Shown in pieces: positions 19,310 to 28,059 of a DNA stretch of 64,000 nucleotides (positions within the stretch are counted from its first letter, which is position 1; each line of letters starts with the position of its first letter). The stretch is from a virus, in IMG/VR virus record IMGVR_UViG_3300015265_000205, positions 3,222 to 67,221 of that record. The stretch is one strand, 5' to 3'. The position numbers were made by a program, and so were the translations under genes. The notes under the pieces are model-generated. The model did not search any database and was not told where the DNA came from. It was given only the letters and a program-made list of their open reading frames with translations.

Positions 19310-19654
19310 ATGAATTCCGCACGTCATTCCGCCAACGCCGACCGCGCCGCCGAAATTCTGGCCACAGTCAAGCGCTGTGGCGCCGCGACCATCGGCGATA
19401 TCGCCCTTGACCTGACGCTTCACCGCGAGACCGTGCGCAAACGCCTGGCCAAGCTGGTCACGGCCGGCCAACTCGTGTTGATCGAGCCGGCAGCTGCGCA
19501 CGTTCGCGCCCTGTACGGCATGCCCGATCTGGATGATCAGGCTGAATTCGACCTCTACCGTAATCGCAGCAGCAACTGGCCGCGCGGCGAGCACGGCCGT
19601 GATCCACTCGTCGCCGCCATGTTCGGCGCACCAGCTGCAGAGGTGCGCCCATGA
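19310..19654 (+). CDS. Winged-helix HTH protein
   Basis: ATIGDIALDLTLHRETVRKRLAKL. Confidence 0.75.
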   Translation: MNSARHSANADRAAEILATVKRCGAATIGDIALDLTLHRETVRKRLAKLVTAGQLVLIEPAAAHVRALYGMPDLDDQAEFDLYRNRSSNWPRGEHGRDPLVAAMFGAPAAEVRP

Positions 19655-21549
19655 AGCGCGACCTCATTACCATCGCCAAAGAATTCCGCCACTTTCATTT
19701 TTGCTGCGGCCTTGGCGGCGGGAAGCAAGGCTTTAATGCAGCGCAGCCACAGGTCGGCAATATGGCCGCGACGCTGCGCTGCATCGGCGGCATCGACAAT
19801 GATCCTGCGGCGATCCGCGACTTCGACCGTGCCGGCCCCGGCCGCCCTGGTACCGTCATGGACCTGTTCACGCGAGCCCAATATACGGCCTTTCACGGGA
19901 AAGAGCCGCCCCCACGCTGGCGCGAGGCTACTGCCGTCGATATCCGTCGTGCGGCCGGCAATGAATCGCCGAACATCGTATTCATCAGCTCCCCATGCAA
20001 GGGGGCCAGCGGCCTGCTGAGCGAAACGTTAAGCAAGACGGCAAAGTACCAGGCGTTGAACGAGTTGACGCTGCGCTGCATTTGGCTGATGTGCGAGGCC
20101 TGGGCCGACGACCCCGTCGACTTGATCGTGTTCGAGAACGTGCCTCGGCTCGCCACGCGCGGTCGGCACCTGCTCGACCAGATCAATCAGCTACTGCAGC
20201 AGTTCGGTTACGCCGTGGCCGAAACCACGCATGATTGCGGCGAGCTGGGCGGCCTGGCGCAAAGCCGCAAGCGGTTTTTGCTCGTGGCGCGCAACATGGA
20301 AAAAGTGCCACCATTCCTCTATGAGCCAGAGCGGAAGCGCCTGCGCGCCGTCGGCGACGTGCTGGGCCGCATGCCGTTCCCTGGCGATGCCGCTGGCGGC
20401 CCGATGCATCGTATTCCGCGCCTGCAGTGGAAAACGTGGGTGCGCCTGGCGTTTGTGGAGGCCGGCAGCGACTGGCGCTCCCTGAATAAGCTCACCGTCG
20501 AGAATGGCCACTTGGCTGATTACCTGATCATGCCTGAGCGCTTCGGCGACTACCTGGGTGTGAATGGCTGGGACGAGCATGCCGGCGCCGTGTCCGGACG
20601 CGGTACTCCGACGACGGGCGCGTATTCGGTCGCCGATCCGCGCATGGATACGGTTGCTGAATACAGCCAGTACGGTGTCATGCCTTGGGACGCAACCAGT
20701 GGCGTGGTCAGCGCGCAGTCAGCGCCTGGTGGCGGCCGTTATTCCGTAGCCGATCCACGCCCACCGGCCGGCCCGATATTCAGCAAGTACGCGGTCACCC
20801 GCTGGGATAAACGCACGGGCACCGTCATTGGCGGTGACGACCAGGGCGCCTACGCCGTGGCCGATCCACGATCGAGCACGGGCTTCGAAGGCGCAGGCAA
20901 GTACCTGGTCACGCCGTTCGATGAGGCGGCCGGCACGGTGATCGCTGGCAGCACGACCGGCCAGGGCGCATTCTGCGTCGCCGATCCCCGCGCGATCAAT
21001 CGCCAGAAAGGTGATGCATTCCTGACCGGCGGCCATTACGGCGTGCTGCCGTGGAATGGCCAGAGCGGCGCTGTCAGCGCATCGGCCGGCTACGACAATG
21101 GCCGCTGGAGCATCGCAGACCCGCGCATCGACGAAGCGCCGCAGCTGCCGGCCCTGAACCAGAAGACGGTCGCGCTTATTCGCGCGCTCGACAGCACCTG
21201 GCACCGGCCATTCACCACGCTGGAACTTGGGGCGCTGCAATCGCTGATCGATCCGGACGAGCACTGGTCGACCGATCCGCAAATCCAGCGTGAAATTGAC
21301 GAGCACAAGCGCCGGACCGGCGCCAGCGCCTTCCCGCTGCTCGATGGCACGAACGATAGCGCGCATCGCGAACGCATCGGCAATGCCGTCCCGAAGCTGG
21401 CCGCGCAGGCCATCGGCGAGGTGATGGGCACCACGTTGTTGCTGGCAGCTGCTGGCGAGACGTTCATGCTCAGCGCCATGCCGATATGGGTGCAGCCCGT
21501 GGCGATCGCGATTGCGGCGTCGCAGGCTGGCGCGGGAGGTGAGTTGTGA
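19651..21549 (+). CDS. DNA (cytosine-5) methyltransferase with repeat-expanded variable region
   Basis: FCCGLGG (I), SSPC (IV), ENV (VI), QSRKR (VIII), IGNAVP (X). Confidence 0.9.
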   Translation: MKRDLITIAKEFRHFHFCCGLGGGKQGFNAAQPQVGNMAATLRCIGGIDNDPAAIRDFDRAGPGRPGTVMDLFTRAQYTAFHGKEPPPRWREATAVDIRRAAGNESPNIVFISSPCKGASGLLSETLSKTAKYQALNELTLRCIWLMCEAWADDPVDLIVFENVPRLATRGRHLLDQINQLLQQFGYAVAETTHDCGELGGLAQSRKRFLLVARNMEKVPPFLYEPERKRLRAVGDVLGRMPFPGDAAGGPMHRIPRLQWKTWVRLAFVEAGSDWRSLNKLTVENGHLADYLIMPERFGDYLGVNGWDEHAGAVSGRGTPTTGAYSVADPRMDTVAEYSQYGVMPWDATSGVVSAQSAPGGGRYSVADPRPPAGPIFSKYAVTRWDKRTGTVIGGDDQGAYAVADPRSSTGFEGAGKYLVTPFDEAAGTVIAGSTTGQGAFCVADPRAINRQKGDAFLTGGHYGVLPWNGQSGAVSASAGYDNGRWSIADPRIDEAPQLPALNQKTVALIRALDSTWHRPFTTLELGALQSLIDPDEHWSTDPQIQREIDEHKRRTGASAFPLLDGTNDSAHRERIGNAVPKLAAQAIGEVMGTTLLLAAAGETFMLSAMPIWVQPVAIAIAASQAGAGGEL

Positions 21550-22025
21550 TGGCGAACACTCGAACCGAAGCCGGCCGCTTCATGGCTGGCAAAAGCTATT
21601 CGCCGGCCACGCAGTTCAAGCCTGGCCAACATCCGGCGCCGGCGACAGAAATTCAGCCTGGCCAGCGGCTCTCGCCGGCCACGGAATTCAAGCCCGGCAT
21701 GGACGCGCACAACCGGCTACCTGTCGGCGCCGTGCGCGTGCGCCGCGAAACGCATACCGGACTCGATCGCGCCTGGGTAAAAACGGCCGAGCCGAACGTA
21801 TGGCGCAAGCGGGCGGTGCTGGTATGGGAGGCGGAGCACGGACCGGTGGCGCGCGGCCTGGTCATTCACCACCGCGACCGTGACAGCTTGAACGACGCGC
21901 CGGCCAATCTCCAGGCGCTGACGCGCAAGGAGCATGCGGACGAGCACCGTTGCGAACTAGAGTCAGCCCGCGCGCGTAACGGTGCCAACTTCGCGCATGA
22001 GCGCGAGATTGCGAGGGTGGCGTGA
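21546..22025 (+). CDS. HNH endonuclease with N-terminal (S/A)PATxF/IxPG repeats
   Basis: VIHHRDRDSLNDAPANLQAL..H. Confidence 0.8.
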   Translation: MMANTRTEAGRFMAGKSYSPATQFKPGQHPAPATEIQPGQRLSPATEFKPGMDAHNRLPVGAVRVRRETHTGLDRAWVKTAEPNVWRKRAVLVWEAEHGPVARGLVIHHRDRDSLNDAPANLQALTRKEHADEHRCELESARARNGANFAHEREIARVA

Positions 22026-22027
22026 AC

Positions 22028-22261
22028 TTATCCGGCCTCCGTCGCAAGCCTTTGATTTACCCAGCGCTTCCCATATTCGCGTCCGCTGTTCAGGGCTTCA
22101 TCGAGCGTATTGCAAGCAGGGATGTCTGCAAGGCGGTGGCACTCACCCCCAAAGTTCGGGCAAATGTCCACTACGTTAATAAACATTGGCCTCCCTTCTA
22201 TTTCCCGTTCCTGAACGTCAGAAAGAATCACAAAAGTTTTGTACGGGACGCTATCGCTCAT
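22028..22261 (-). CDS. Antisense small protein B
   Basis: GAGG RBS, lower GC, extended -10 TG-T-TACGAT at 22287-22295. Confidence 0.72.
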   Translation of the reverse strand: MSDSVPYKTFVILSDVQEREIEGRPMFINVVDICPNFGGECHRLADIPACNTLDEALNSGREYGKRWVNQRLATEAG

Positions 22262-22294
22262 TTCAGCCTCGACTTAATAAAAGGATATCGTAAC

Positions 22295-22726
22295 ATGATC
22301 GCCAACCCCGCTCAAATCACCCGCCACCACATGGCGAACCAGGCCGCGCCCGCCTATTCGCTTATCCGCAAGGTCTGCGCCTGCGGCAAGGCCAGCACCG
22401 CTAAACAACTGTCCCAGCACGGCAAATGCGCCGCCTGCGCGCTGGCCGCCGTCCGCGCCGCAATCATGCCCGGCGACTTCGCCAAGCTGCAGCACATGCT
22501 GGGCGCCGTGCAGCAATATCCGAAGTCAAAGTGGGGCTGGCGCAATTATTTTGCCGCCGGCAGCGGCCAGCAGCACGAGGCCATGCAGCGCCTGGTGTCC
22601 GCCGGCCTGGCCACAGCCAGCCGGGCCGCCAACGAAATGACCTACTTCCATGCTACTCGCTTGGGCTGCAAGGCTGCTGGCCTCGATGCCGCTGGCATCA
22701 AGCGCGCGATGGAGGATGCATCGTGA
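22295..22726 (+). CDS. Hypothetical protein
   Basis: AAAGGA RBS; CACG..CAAC; WGWRNYF. Confidence 0.7.
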   Translation: MIANPAQITRHHMANQAAPAYSLIRKVCACGKASTAKQLSQHGKCAACALAAVRAAIMPGDFAKLQHMLGAVQQYPKSKWGWRNYFAAGSGQQHEAMQRLVSAGLATASRAANEMTYFHATRLGCKAAGLDAAGIKRAMEDAS

Positions 22727-23337
22727 CCATCAAAATTTCGACCGCAACCGTATTCCACGGCGGCCGGCGCCGCTGGTTATCGCTGGCTGCCGCGTGCAAT
22801 GCCGAGGCTGCCGCCATCTTGAGCAGGTTTTGCGACTGCTCGCCCGGCAACGGGCATGACGTCGCGCCGGAAACTTGCACCATGCATCAGGATGCCGATC
22901 GCTATCACCAGGTTCGCGCCAAACTGGTGGCCCGGGCGCGCCGGTGCGCTGTGGCGTCGCCTGCCGACCTGCCTGCACCCGAGCAGCGCGCGCTGGCCGC
23001 CTGTCGGGAGTTGGTAGCCGCAGCCGGCGAGGTCAAGCGCATCAGCAAGGTCATCGGCGACAGCCTGAGCGCATGCCCGATGATGAAAGACCCTGTCGAA
23101 TTCAACGACAGAGGCCCGGCTACACATCTTTCGCAGGCCTACGCCTCCGAAAACGTCGAGAACGACAGCGGCCACGGCATGCACAAGGAATGGATGGAGC
23201 CGAGCGACGCGCTGAAAATTATTAGCGCATGCCCGCATTGCCTCGCCGCCCACAAAGCAATTCAAGAGCGCAAGGTCGCGCGCCGCCGGCTGGGCGCGGC
23301 ACGCCGTGCTGTGACGATGATCGGGCGCGCGCCATGA
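22723..23337 (+). CDS. Hypothetical protein
   Basis: GTGA-coupled; CPHC motif. Confidence 0.65.
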   Translation: MTIKISTATVFHGGRRRWLSLAAACNAEAAAILSRFCDCSPGNGHDVAPETCTMHQDADRYHQVRAKLVARARRCAVASPADLPAPEQRALAACRELVAAAGEVKRISKVIGDSLSACPMMKDPVEFNDRGPATHLSQAYASENVENDSGHGMHKEWMEPSDALKIISACPHCLAAHKAIQERKVARRRLGAARRAVTMIGRAP

Positions 23338-23339
23338 AA

Positions 23340-23564
23340 TTACCCGGCTGCAAGCCTATTTACATACTCTTTTGCTTTTTCCATCGCGTTCGATTCTGCC
23401 AAGGTCGGAGTATCGAGCGCGCTTACGATATCTGCGCCATGAATTTTGGCGCCATCTTTGTGGACTCGAAAGATGCCAAACCACTGGCCCGGGGTTTTGC
23501 TTTCGTAGGCGCCAAATTCAATGACGTGGCCCTTGTAGTCGCGCTGGGTTGTCGTAATCGGCAT
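23340..23564 (-). CDS. Antisense small protein C
   Basis: AAGGA RBS, lower GC, extended -10 TG-C-TAAAAT at 23589-23597. Confidence 0.75.
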   Translation of the reverse strand: MPITTTQRDYKGHVIEFGAYESKTPGQWFGIFRVHKDGAKIHGADIVSALDTPTLAESNAMEKAKEYVNRLAAG

Positions 23565-23596
23565 ATCAGAATCCTTAATAAAAAGGAAATTTTAGC

Positions 23597-24136
23597 ATGA
23601 TGCGCCGATCACCACTAAAGCCCGGAGCTGGCTTTAAAAGCCGAGCCTTCGCGCGCGGCGAGCGCATCGAGGCGCGCGAAGTGTCAAAGCTCAAGCGCGC
23701 CTCGCCAATGGCCAGCACCGGCATGCTCTCCGTGCAGTCGCACCAGCGCACGGCGAAGACGCGCAAGGCCGGATTGAAATCAAAAGAGCGCGCCGTCACG
23801 GCCGCCGAGAAATTGCTGTGGTCCCGCTTGGCCGCGCTGGGCTGCGTCGCCTGCGCGAAGGACGGCAATTTCAATCCTCACGTCAGCATTCATCACGTCG
23901 ACGGCCGGACGAAGCCTGGCTGCCACCAGCTCGTGCTGCCACTTTGCGCCGGTCACCACCAGGACGGTACCGGCCAAGACAAGACGATGGTCGCGGTTCA
24001 TCCATGGAAGGCGCGTTTCGAAGCGCGCTACGGCACGCAGGCCGAACTGATGGATGAGTGCGCGCAACTCTTATTTGAAAAGCAGGGCGCTGCGGCGTCG
24101 CCTGCCACCATTCAACCTACATTGGAACACCCATGA
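23597..24136 (+). CDS. Ref-like (recombination enhancement) HNH nuclease
   Basis: LGCVAC..SIHHVDGR..VLPLCAGHHQ..FEARYGTQ. Confidence 0.75.
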   Translation: MMRRSPLKPGAGFKSRAFARGERIEAREVSKLKRASPMASTGMLSVQSHQRTAKTRKAGLKSKERAVTAAEKLLWSRLAALGCVACAKDGNFNPHVSIHHVDGRTKPGCHQLVLPLCAGHHQDGTGQDKTMVAVHPWKARFEARYGTQAELMDECAQLLFEKQGAAASPATIQPTLEHP

Positions 24137-26760
24137 GCGCATTTAGCCCGCAAGAGCAAAAACACCTGAAAGAAGCCGCGTACAGTGAATTCCTGCGCGC
24201 CAAGATCAAGCTGGCCCAGCGCAAGGGCTTCGACGTGCCGCTGGCCGATATCCACCCTGGCCTCAAGCCACACACCCGCGACATCGTGCGCTGGGCCTTG
24301 GCCGGCGGCCAGCGCGCCATCTTCGCCTCGTTCGGCCTGCACAAGACCAGCACCAACCTAGAGGTGATGCGCCAGATCGGCATCCACCGGCCAGGCCTGC
24401 GCCTGATCGTGCTGCCACTGGGCGTGCGCCAGGAGTTCATCCGCGAGGCCGCGAAGCGCTTCACCGGCGAGTACGAAGTGCAGGTGCGCTTCATCCGTAC
24501 GGACGCCGAGATCGACGGCCAGGACGTCGTCTACCTGACGAATTACGAATCGGTGCGCGAGGGCAAGATTGATGTGCGCAAGTTCCGCGCCGTCGGCCTG
24601 GACGAGGCCAGCGTGCTGCGCAGCTACGGCAGCAAGACCTATCAAGAGTTCCTGCCACTGTTCGAGCAGGTCGAGTTCAAGTTCGTCTACACGGCCACGC
24701 CGTCACCTAACCGTTTCAAGGAATTGATCCACTATGCGGGCTTCCTGGGCGTGATGGACACCGGCCAGGCCCTGACGCGCTTTTTCCAGCGCGACAGCGA
24801 GAAGGCCGGCAACCTGACGCTGTACCCGCACAAGGAACAGGAATTCTGGCTGTGGGTGGCCAGCTGGGCGGTTTTCATCCAGCGCCCGAGCGACCTTGGC
24901 CATTCGGACGAAGGCTACGATCTGCCGGCGCTGGATGTGCGCTTTCACGAGGTGCCGAGCAACTACAGCACGGCCGGCGCCGAAAAGAACGGCCAGGGCC
25001 TGCTGATCCCGAACGTGGCCATGGGCCTGTCGGCCGCTGCCGGCGAGAAGCGCGACAGCATGGCCGCGCGCGTCGCCAAGGTGGCCGAGATCATGGCTGA
25101 GGATCCTGATGATCATTTCCTGATCTGGCACGACTTGGAGGACGAGCGGCACGCCATCCAGGCGGCCGTGCCCGGCGTGGTCAGCGTGTGGGGCACGCAG
25201 GACCTGGACCAGCGTGAGCAGCGGATCGCCGATTTCAGCGATGGCAAGATCAAGGATCTGTCGACCAAGCCAATCATCGCCGGCAGCGGCTGCAACTTCC
25301 AGGTGCACTGCCACCGCGAGATTTTCGCGGGTATCGGCTTCAAGTTCAACGATTTCATCCAGGCCGTCCACCGCGTCCAGCGCTTCCAGCAGCAGCACGC
25401 CGTCCGTATCGACATCATCCACACGGAAGTCGAGCGCAAGGTACTGGCCGACCTGATGGAAAAATGGCGCCGCCACGACGAAATGCAGGCCAAGATGGGC
25501 CAGATCATCCGCGCCTATGGCCTCGACCAGCTGTCCATGCAGGACTCGCTCGCGCGCACCATTGGTGTCGAGCGCGCCGTCGTAGCCGGCGAGCGGTTCT
25601 CGGTGGCTAACAACGACTGCATGCTCGAAGCCATGCAGCAGCCGGACAACTCGGTGGGCATGATCATCACCAGCGTCCCGTTCGCCAACCATTACGAATA
25701 CACGCCCAGTTACAACGACTTCGGCCACACCCAGGACAACGACCATTTTTGGGCGCAGATGGACTTCCTGACGCCGGAACTGCTGCGTATCCTGCAGCCT
25801 GGCCGCATTTACGCTTGCCACGTGAAGGACCGGATCAATTTCGGCAACGTTACCGGCGCCGGCGTGCCGACTGTCAGCCCGTTCCATGCCGAGGCGCTGT
25901 TTCACGGTATTAAGCACGGCTTCGACTACATGGGCATGATCACCGTCGTGACAGATGTGGTGCGCGAAAACAACCAGACCTACCGCCTGGGCTATTCCGA
26001 AGTGTGCAAGGACGGCACGAAGATGGGCGTCGGCTCGCCGGAATACATCCTGCTGTTCCACAAGCCGCAGACGGACCGCTCGCGCGGCTACGCCGATGTA
26101 CCGGTTACGAAGGCAAAGCCGCTGTGCCTGGATGATGCCGGCGACCGGATCCCGTTTGATCGCAAGGCCGCGCCCATTCCCGGTACCGGCTACAGCGTGG
26201 CACGCTGGCAGGTCGACGCGCATGCGTTCTGGCGCTCCAGTGGCGATCGCCTGCTGGGCGCGGCCGAGCTGGCCAGCTTCGGGCCGGGCAAGCTGGCGAA
26301 GCTTTTCACCAGCATGTCGCTGGACAACGTCTACAACTACGAATACCACGTCGAGGTGGGCGAGGCGCTGCTGTCCGGCAAGGCGCTGCCTGCGGATTAC
26401 CTCAGCCTGGCGCCGGGCAGCGCTGACCCGGCCGTGTGGCACGACATCGTGCGCATGCGCACTTTGAATGGTGAGCAGTCGGCGCGCGCGGTCGAAAAGC
26501 ACGTTTGCCCGTTCCAGATCGATATCGTGGACCGTCTGATCGGCCGTTACAGCAATCCGGGCGAGGTGATCTATGACCCATTCTGCGGCCTGGGCACCGT
26601 GCCCGTGCGCGCCATGAAGCTGGGCCGTCAGGGACGCGGCAGCGAGCTGAACCCGGCATATTTCGCTGACCAGGTGCACTACTGCCAAGCGATGGAGCGC
26701 GAAGTCAGCATGCCTACGCTATTCGATATGGAACTGATGGACGAGGAGAATGCGAAGTGA
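24133..26760 (+). CDS. SNF2-like helicase fused to an amino (N4-C/N6-A) DNA methyltransferase
   Basis: GLHKT, LDEAS, TATP in the N-half; ITSVPF and YDPFCGLGT in the C-half. Confidence 0.85.
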   Translation: MSAFSPQEQKHLKEAAYSEFLRAKIKLAQRKGFDVPLADIHPGLKPHTRDIVRWALAGGQRAIFASFGLHKTSTNLEVMRQIGIHRPGLRLIVLPLGVRQEFIREAAKRFTGEYEVQVRFIRTDAEIDGQDVVYLTNYESVREGKIDVRKFRAVGLDEASVLRSYGSKTYQEFLPLFEQVEFKFVYTATPSPNRFKELIHYAGFLGVMDTGQALTRFFQRDSEKAGNLTLYPHKEQEFWLWVASWAVFIQRPSDLGHSDEGYDLPALDVRFHEVPSNYSTAGAEKNGQGLLIPNVAMGLSAAAGEKRDSMAARVAKVAEIMAEDPDDHFLIWHDLEDERHAIQAAVPGVVSVWGTQDLDQREQRIADFSDGKIKDLSTKPIIAGSGCNFQVHCHREIFAGIGFKFNDFIQAVHRVQRFQQQHAVRIDIIHTEVERKVLADLMEKWRRHDEMQAKMGQIIRAYGLDQLSMQDSLARTIGVERAVVAGERFSVANNDCMLEAMQQPDNSVGMIITSVPFANHYEYTPSYNDFGHTQDNDHFWAQMDFLTPELLRILQPGRIYACHVKDRINFGNVTGAGVPTVSPFHAEALFHGIKHGFDYMGMITVVTDVVRENNQTYRLGYSEVCKDGTKMGVGSPEYILLFHKPQTDRSRGYADVPVTKAKPLCLDDAGDRIPFDRKAAPIPGTGYSVARWQVDAHAFWRSSGDRLLGAAELASFGPGKLAKLFTSMSLDNVYNYEYHVEVGEALLSGKALPADYLSLAPGSADPAVWHDIVRMRTLNGEQSARAVEKHVCPFQIDIVDRLIGRYSNPGEVIYDPFCGLGTVPVRAMKLGRQGRGSELNPAYFADQVHYCQAMEREVSMPTLFDMELMDEENAK

Positions 26761-26995
26761 CGCGCGCAAATTTCCGGGAAGCCGTGCTGGGCTCGATGCC
26801 TGACCCGAAATCTCGCTCAATTTCTTCTGGGATGTCAACGTCGCGTAACAAGCTTGTTTTGACCGCACCTCCCATTGCTGTGGCTGCTCGCGACATTGTG
26901 AGGTCAACGACAGGCGTCCGTGACGCCCCTCATTTTCTGGCATCTTTGACTTGCCTGCGCGCCGTTGGCGCCGCTAAAACAATAGGAGAAAGGCC

Positions 26996-27187
26996 ATGAT
27001 GCCGACACCCCCCGTGAACATGCGCCGCATTGCGGCCTGCACCACCACTCATGTTCTGCGCCTCAGGGACGACACCGAACTGTGTGACCGTCACAAGGCC
27101 CGTAGCCAGGCGCGAAAGCTCAAACCCGAGGGTGAGCCGCTAGTCGCTGCCTTGTTCGGCGCGGCGCATGCGCAGGAGGCTCGCTGA
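26996..27187 (+). CDS. Small hypothetical protein
   Basis: AGGAG RBS; stop overlaps the next ATG. Confidence 0.5.
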   Translation: MMPTPPVNMRRIAACTTTHVLRLRDDTELCDRHKARSQARKLKPEGEPLVAALFGAAHAQEAR

Positions 27188-28059
27188 TGGGCCGCATTCG
27201 CACTGTAAAACCGGAGCTGTTTAAGCATGAAGACCTGTTTGACCTTGAGCAGCAGTCCGGGCTTCCAATCCGCACCGCATTCATGGGCCTTTTCACCTGC
27301 TGCGACAAGGAAGGGCGCTTTAAATGGCGCCCGCGCGCGCTCAAGCTCGATATTCTTCCATACGACGAAATTGATTTTTCACGCGTGCTTGACGCGTTGA
27401 TGACGCGTGGATTTGTAGTGAAATATGAGGTCGAAGGCGAGTTTTTCGGCTTCATTCCGACGTTTTCCAAGCACCAAGTCATAAATAATCGTGAATCTGA
27501 CTCGGAATTGCCAGCGCCGGACGAATGCTTATGTATATCAATGACTTCGACGCGTGCGGCACGCGTGGATGACGCGACAGTCACGCCCCTTAAGCATGCT
27601 CAAGTGGAAGGGAAGGGAAAGGAAGGGAAAGGAAGGGAAGGGGAACAGGAAGGGAAGGAGACTCTTGTCGAGCAAACCCAGCTCGACCCCGTGACGACGA
27701 TCTTCGCGTTCTGGCAAAAAGTCATGGACTCGCCCAAGTCAGTTCTGGACGACAAGCGCAAGCGGCTGATCGTCAAGGCGCTGAGGGGTTACTCGCCGGC
27801 CGACATCTGCAAAGCCATCCGTGGCTGCTCGAAGACGCCTCACAACATGGGCCAGAACGATGCGAGAACGAAGTACAACGGCCTGGGCCTGATCCTGCGC
27901 GATGCCGACCACATCGACCGCTTCATCCGCAACGATGCTGGCCAGGCCCGCGCCAACGCAGGCAACGAGACTATCGAGCAGACGAATGAGCGGGTCATGC
28001 GCGAGTTGATGGGCGCCTCCGCGCCAGCTGGCGACATCATCGACATGGTGCCGGCATGA
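27187..28059 (+). CDS. Replication initiator (O-like)
   Basis: MGRIRTVKPELF...CDKEGRF N-terminus; internal DNA repeats. Confidence 0.8.
   Translation: MGRIRTVKPELFKHEDLFDLEQQSGLPIRTAFMGLFTCCDKEGRFKWRPRALKLDILPYDEIDFSRVLDALMTRGFVVKYEVEGEFFGFIPTFSKHQVINNRESDSELPAPDECLCISMTSTRAARVDDATVTPLKHAQVEGKGKEGKGREGEQEGKETLVEQTQLDPVTTIFAFWQKVMDSPKSVLDDKRKRLIVKALRGYSPADICKAIRGCSKTPHNMGQNDARTKYNGLGLILRDADHIDRFIRNDAGQARANAGNETIEQTNERVMRELMGASAPAGDIIDMVPA
27381..27660. repeat. Candidate replication origin: ACGCGT repeats and GGAA(A)G purine tract
   Basis: Five ACGCGT plus one ACGCGA in two clusters, then a GGAAGGGAAAGG repeat at ~27606-27660 inside the initiator gene. Confidence 0.55.

Noticed and set aside
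24703-26688. Long antisense ORFs over large genes (also 9564-11381, 34653-36212, 38011-39945, 43500-44897)
   Set aside because: Codon-register shadows of GC-rich genes with no RBS, motifs or composition shift, unlike the short low-GC antisense genes
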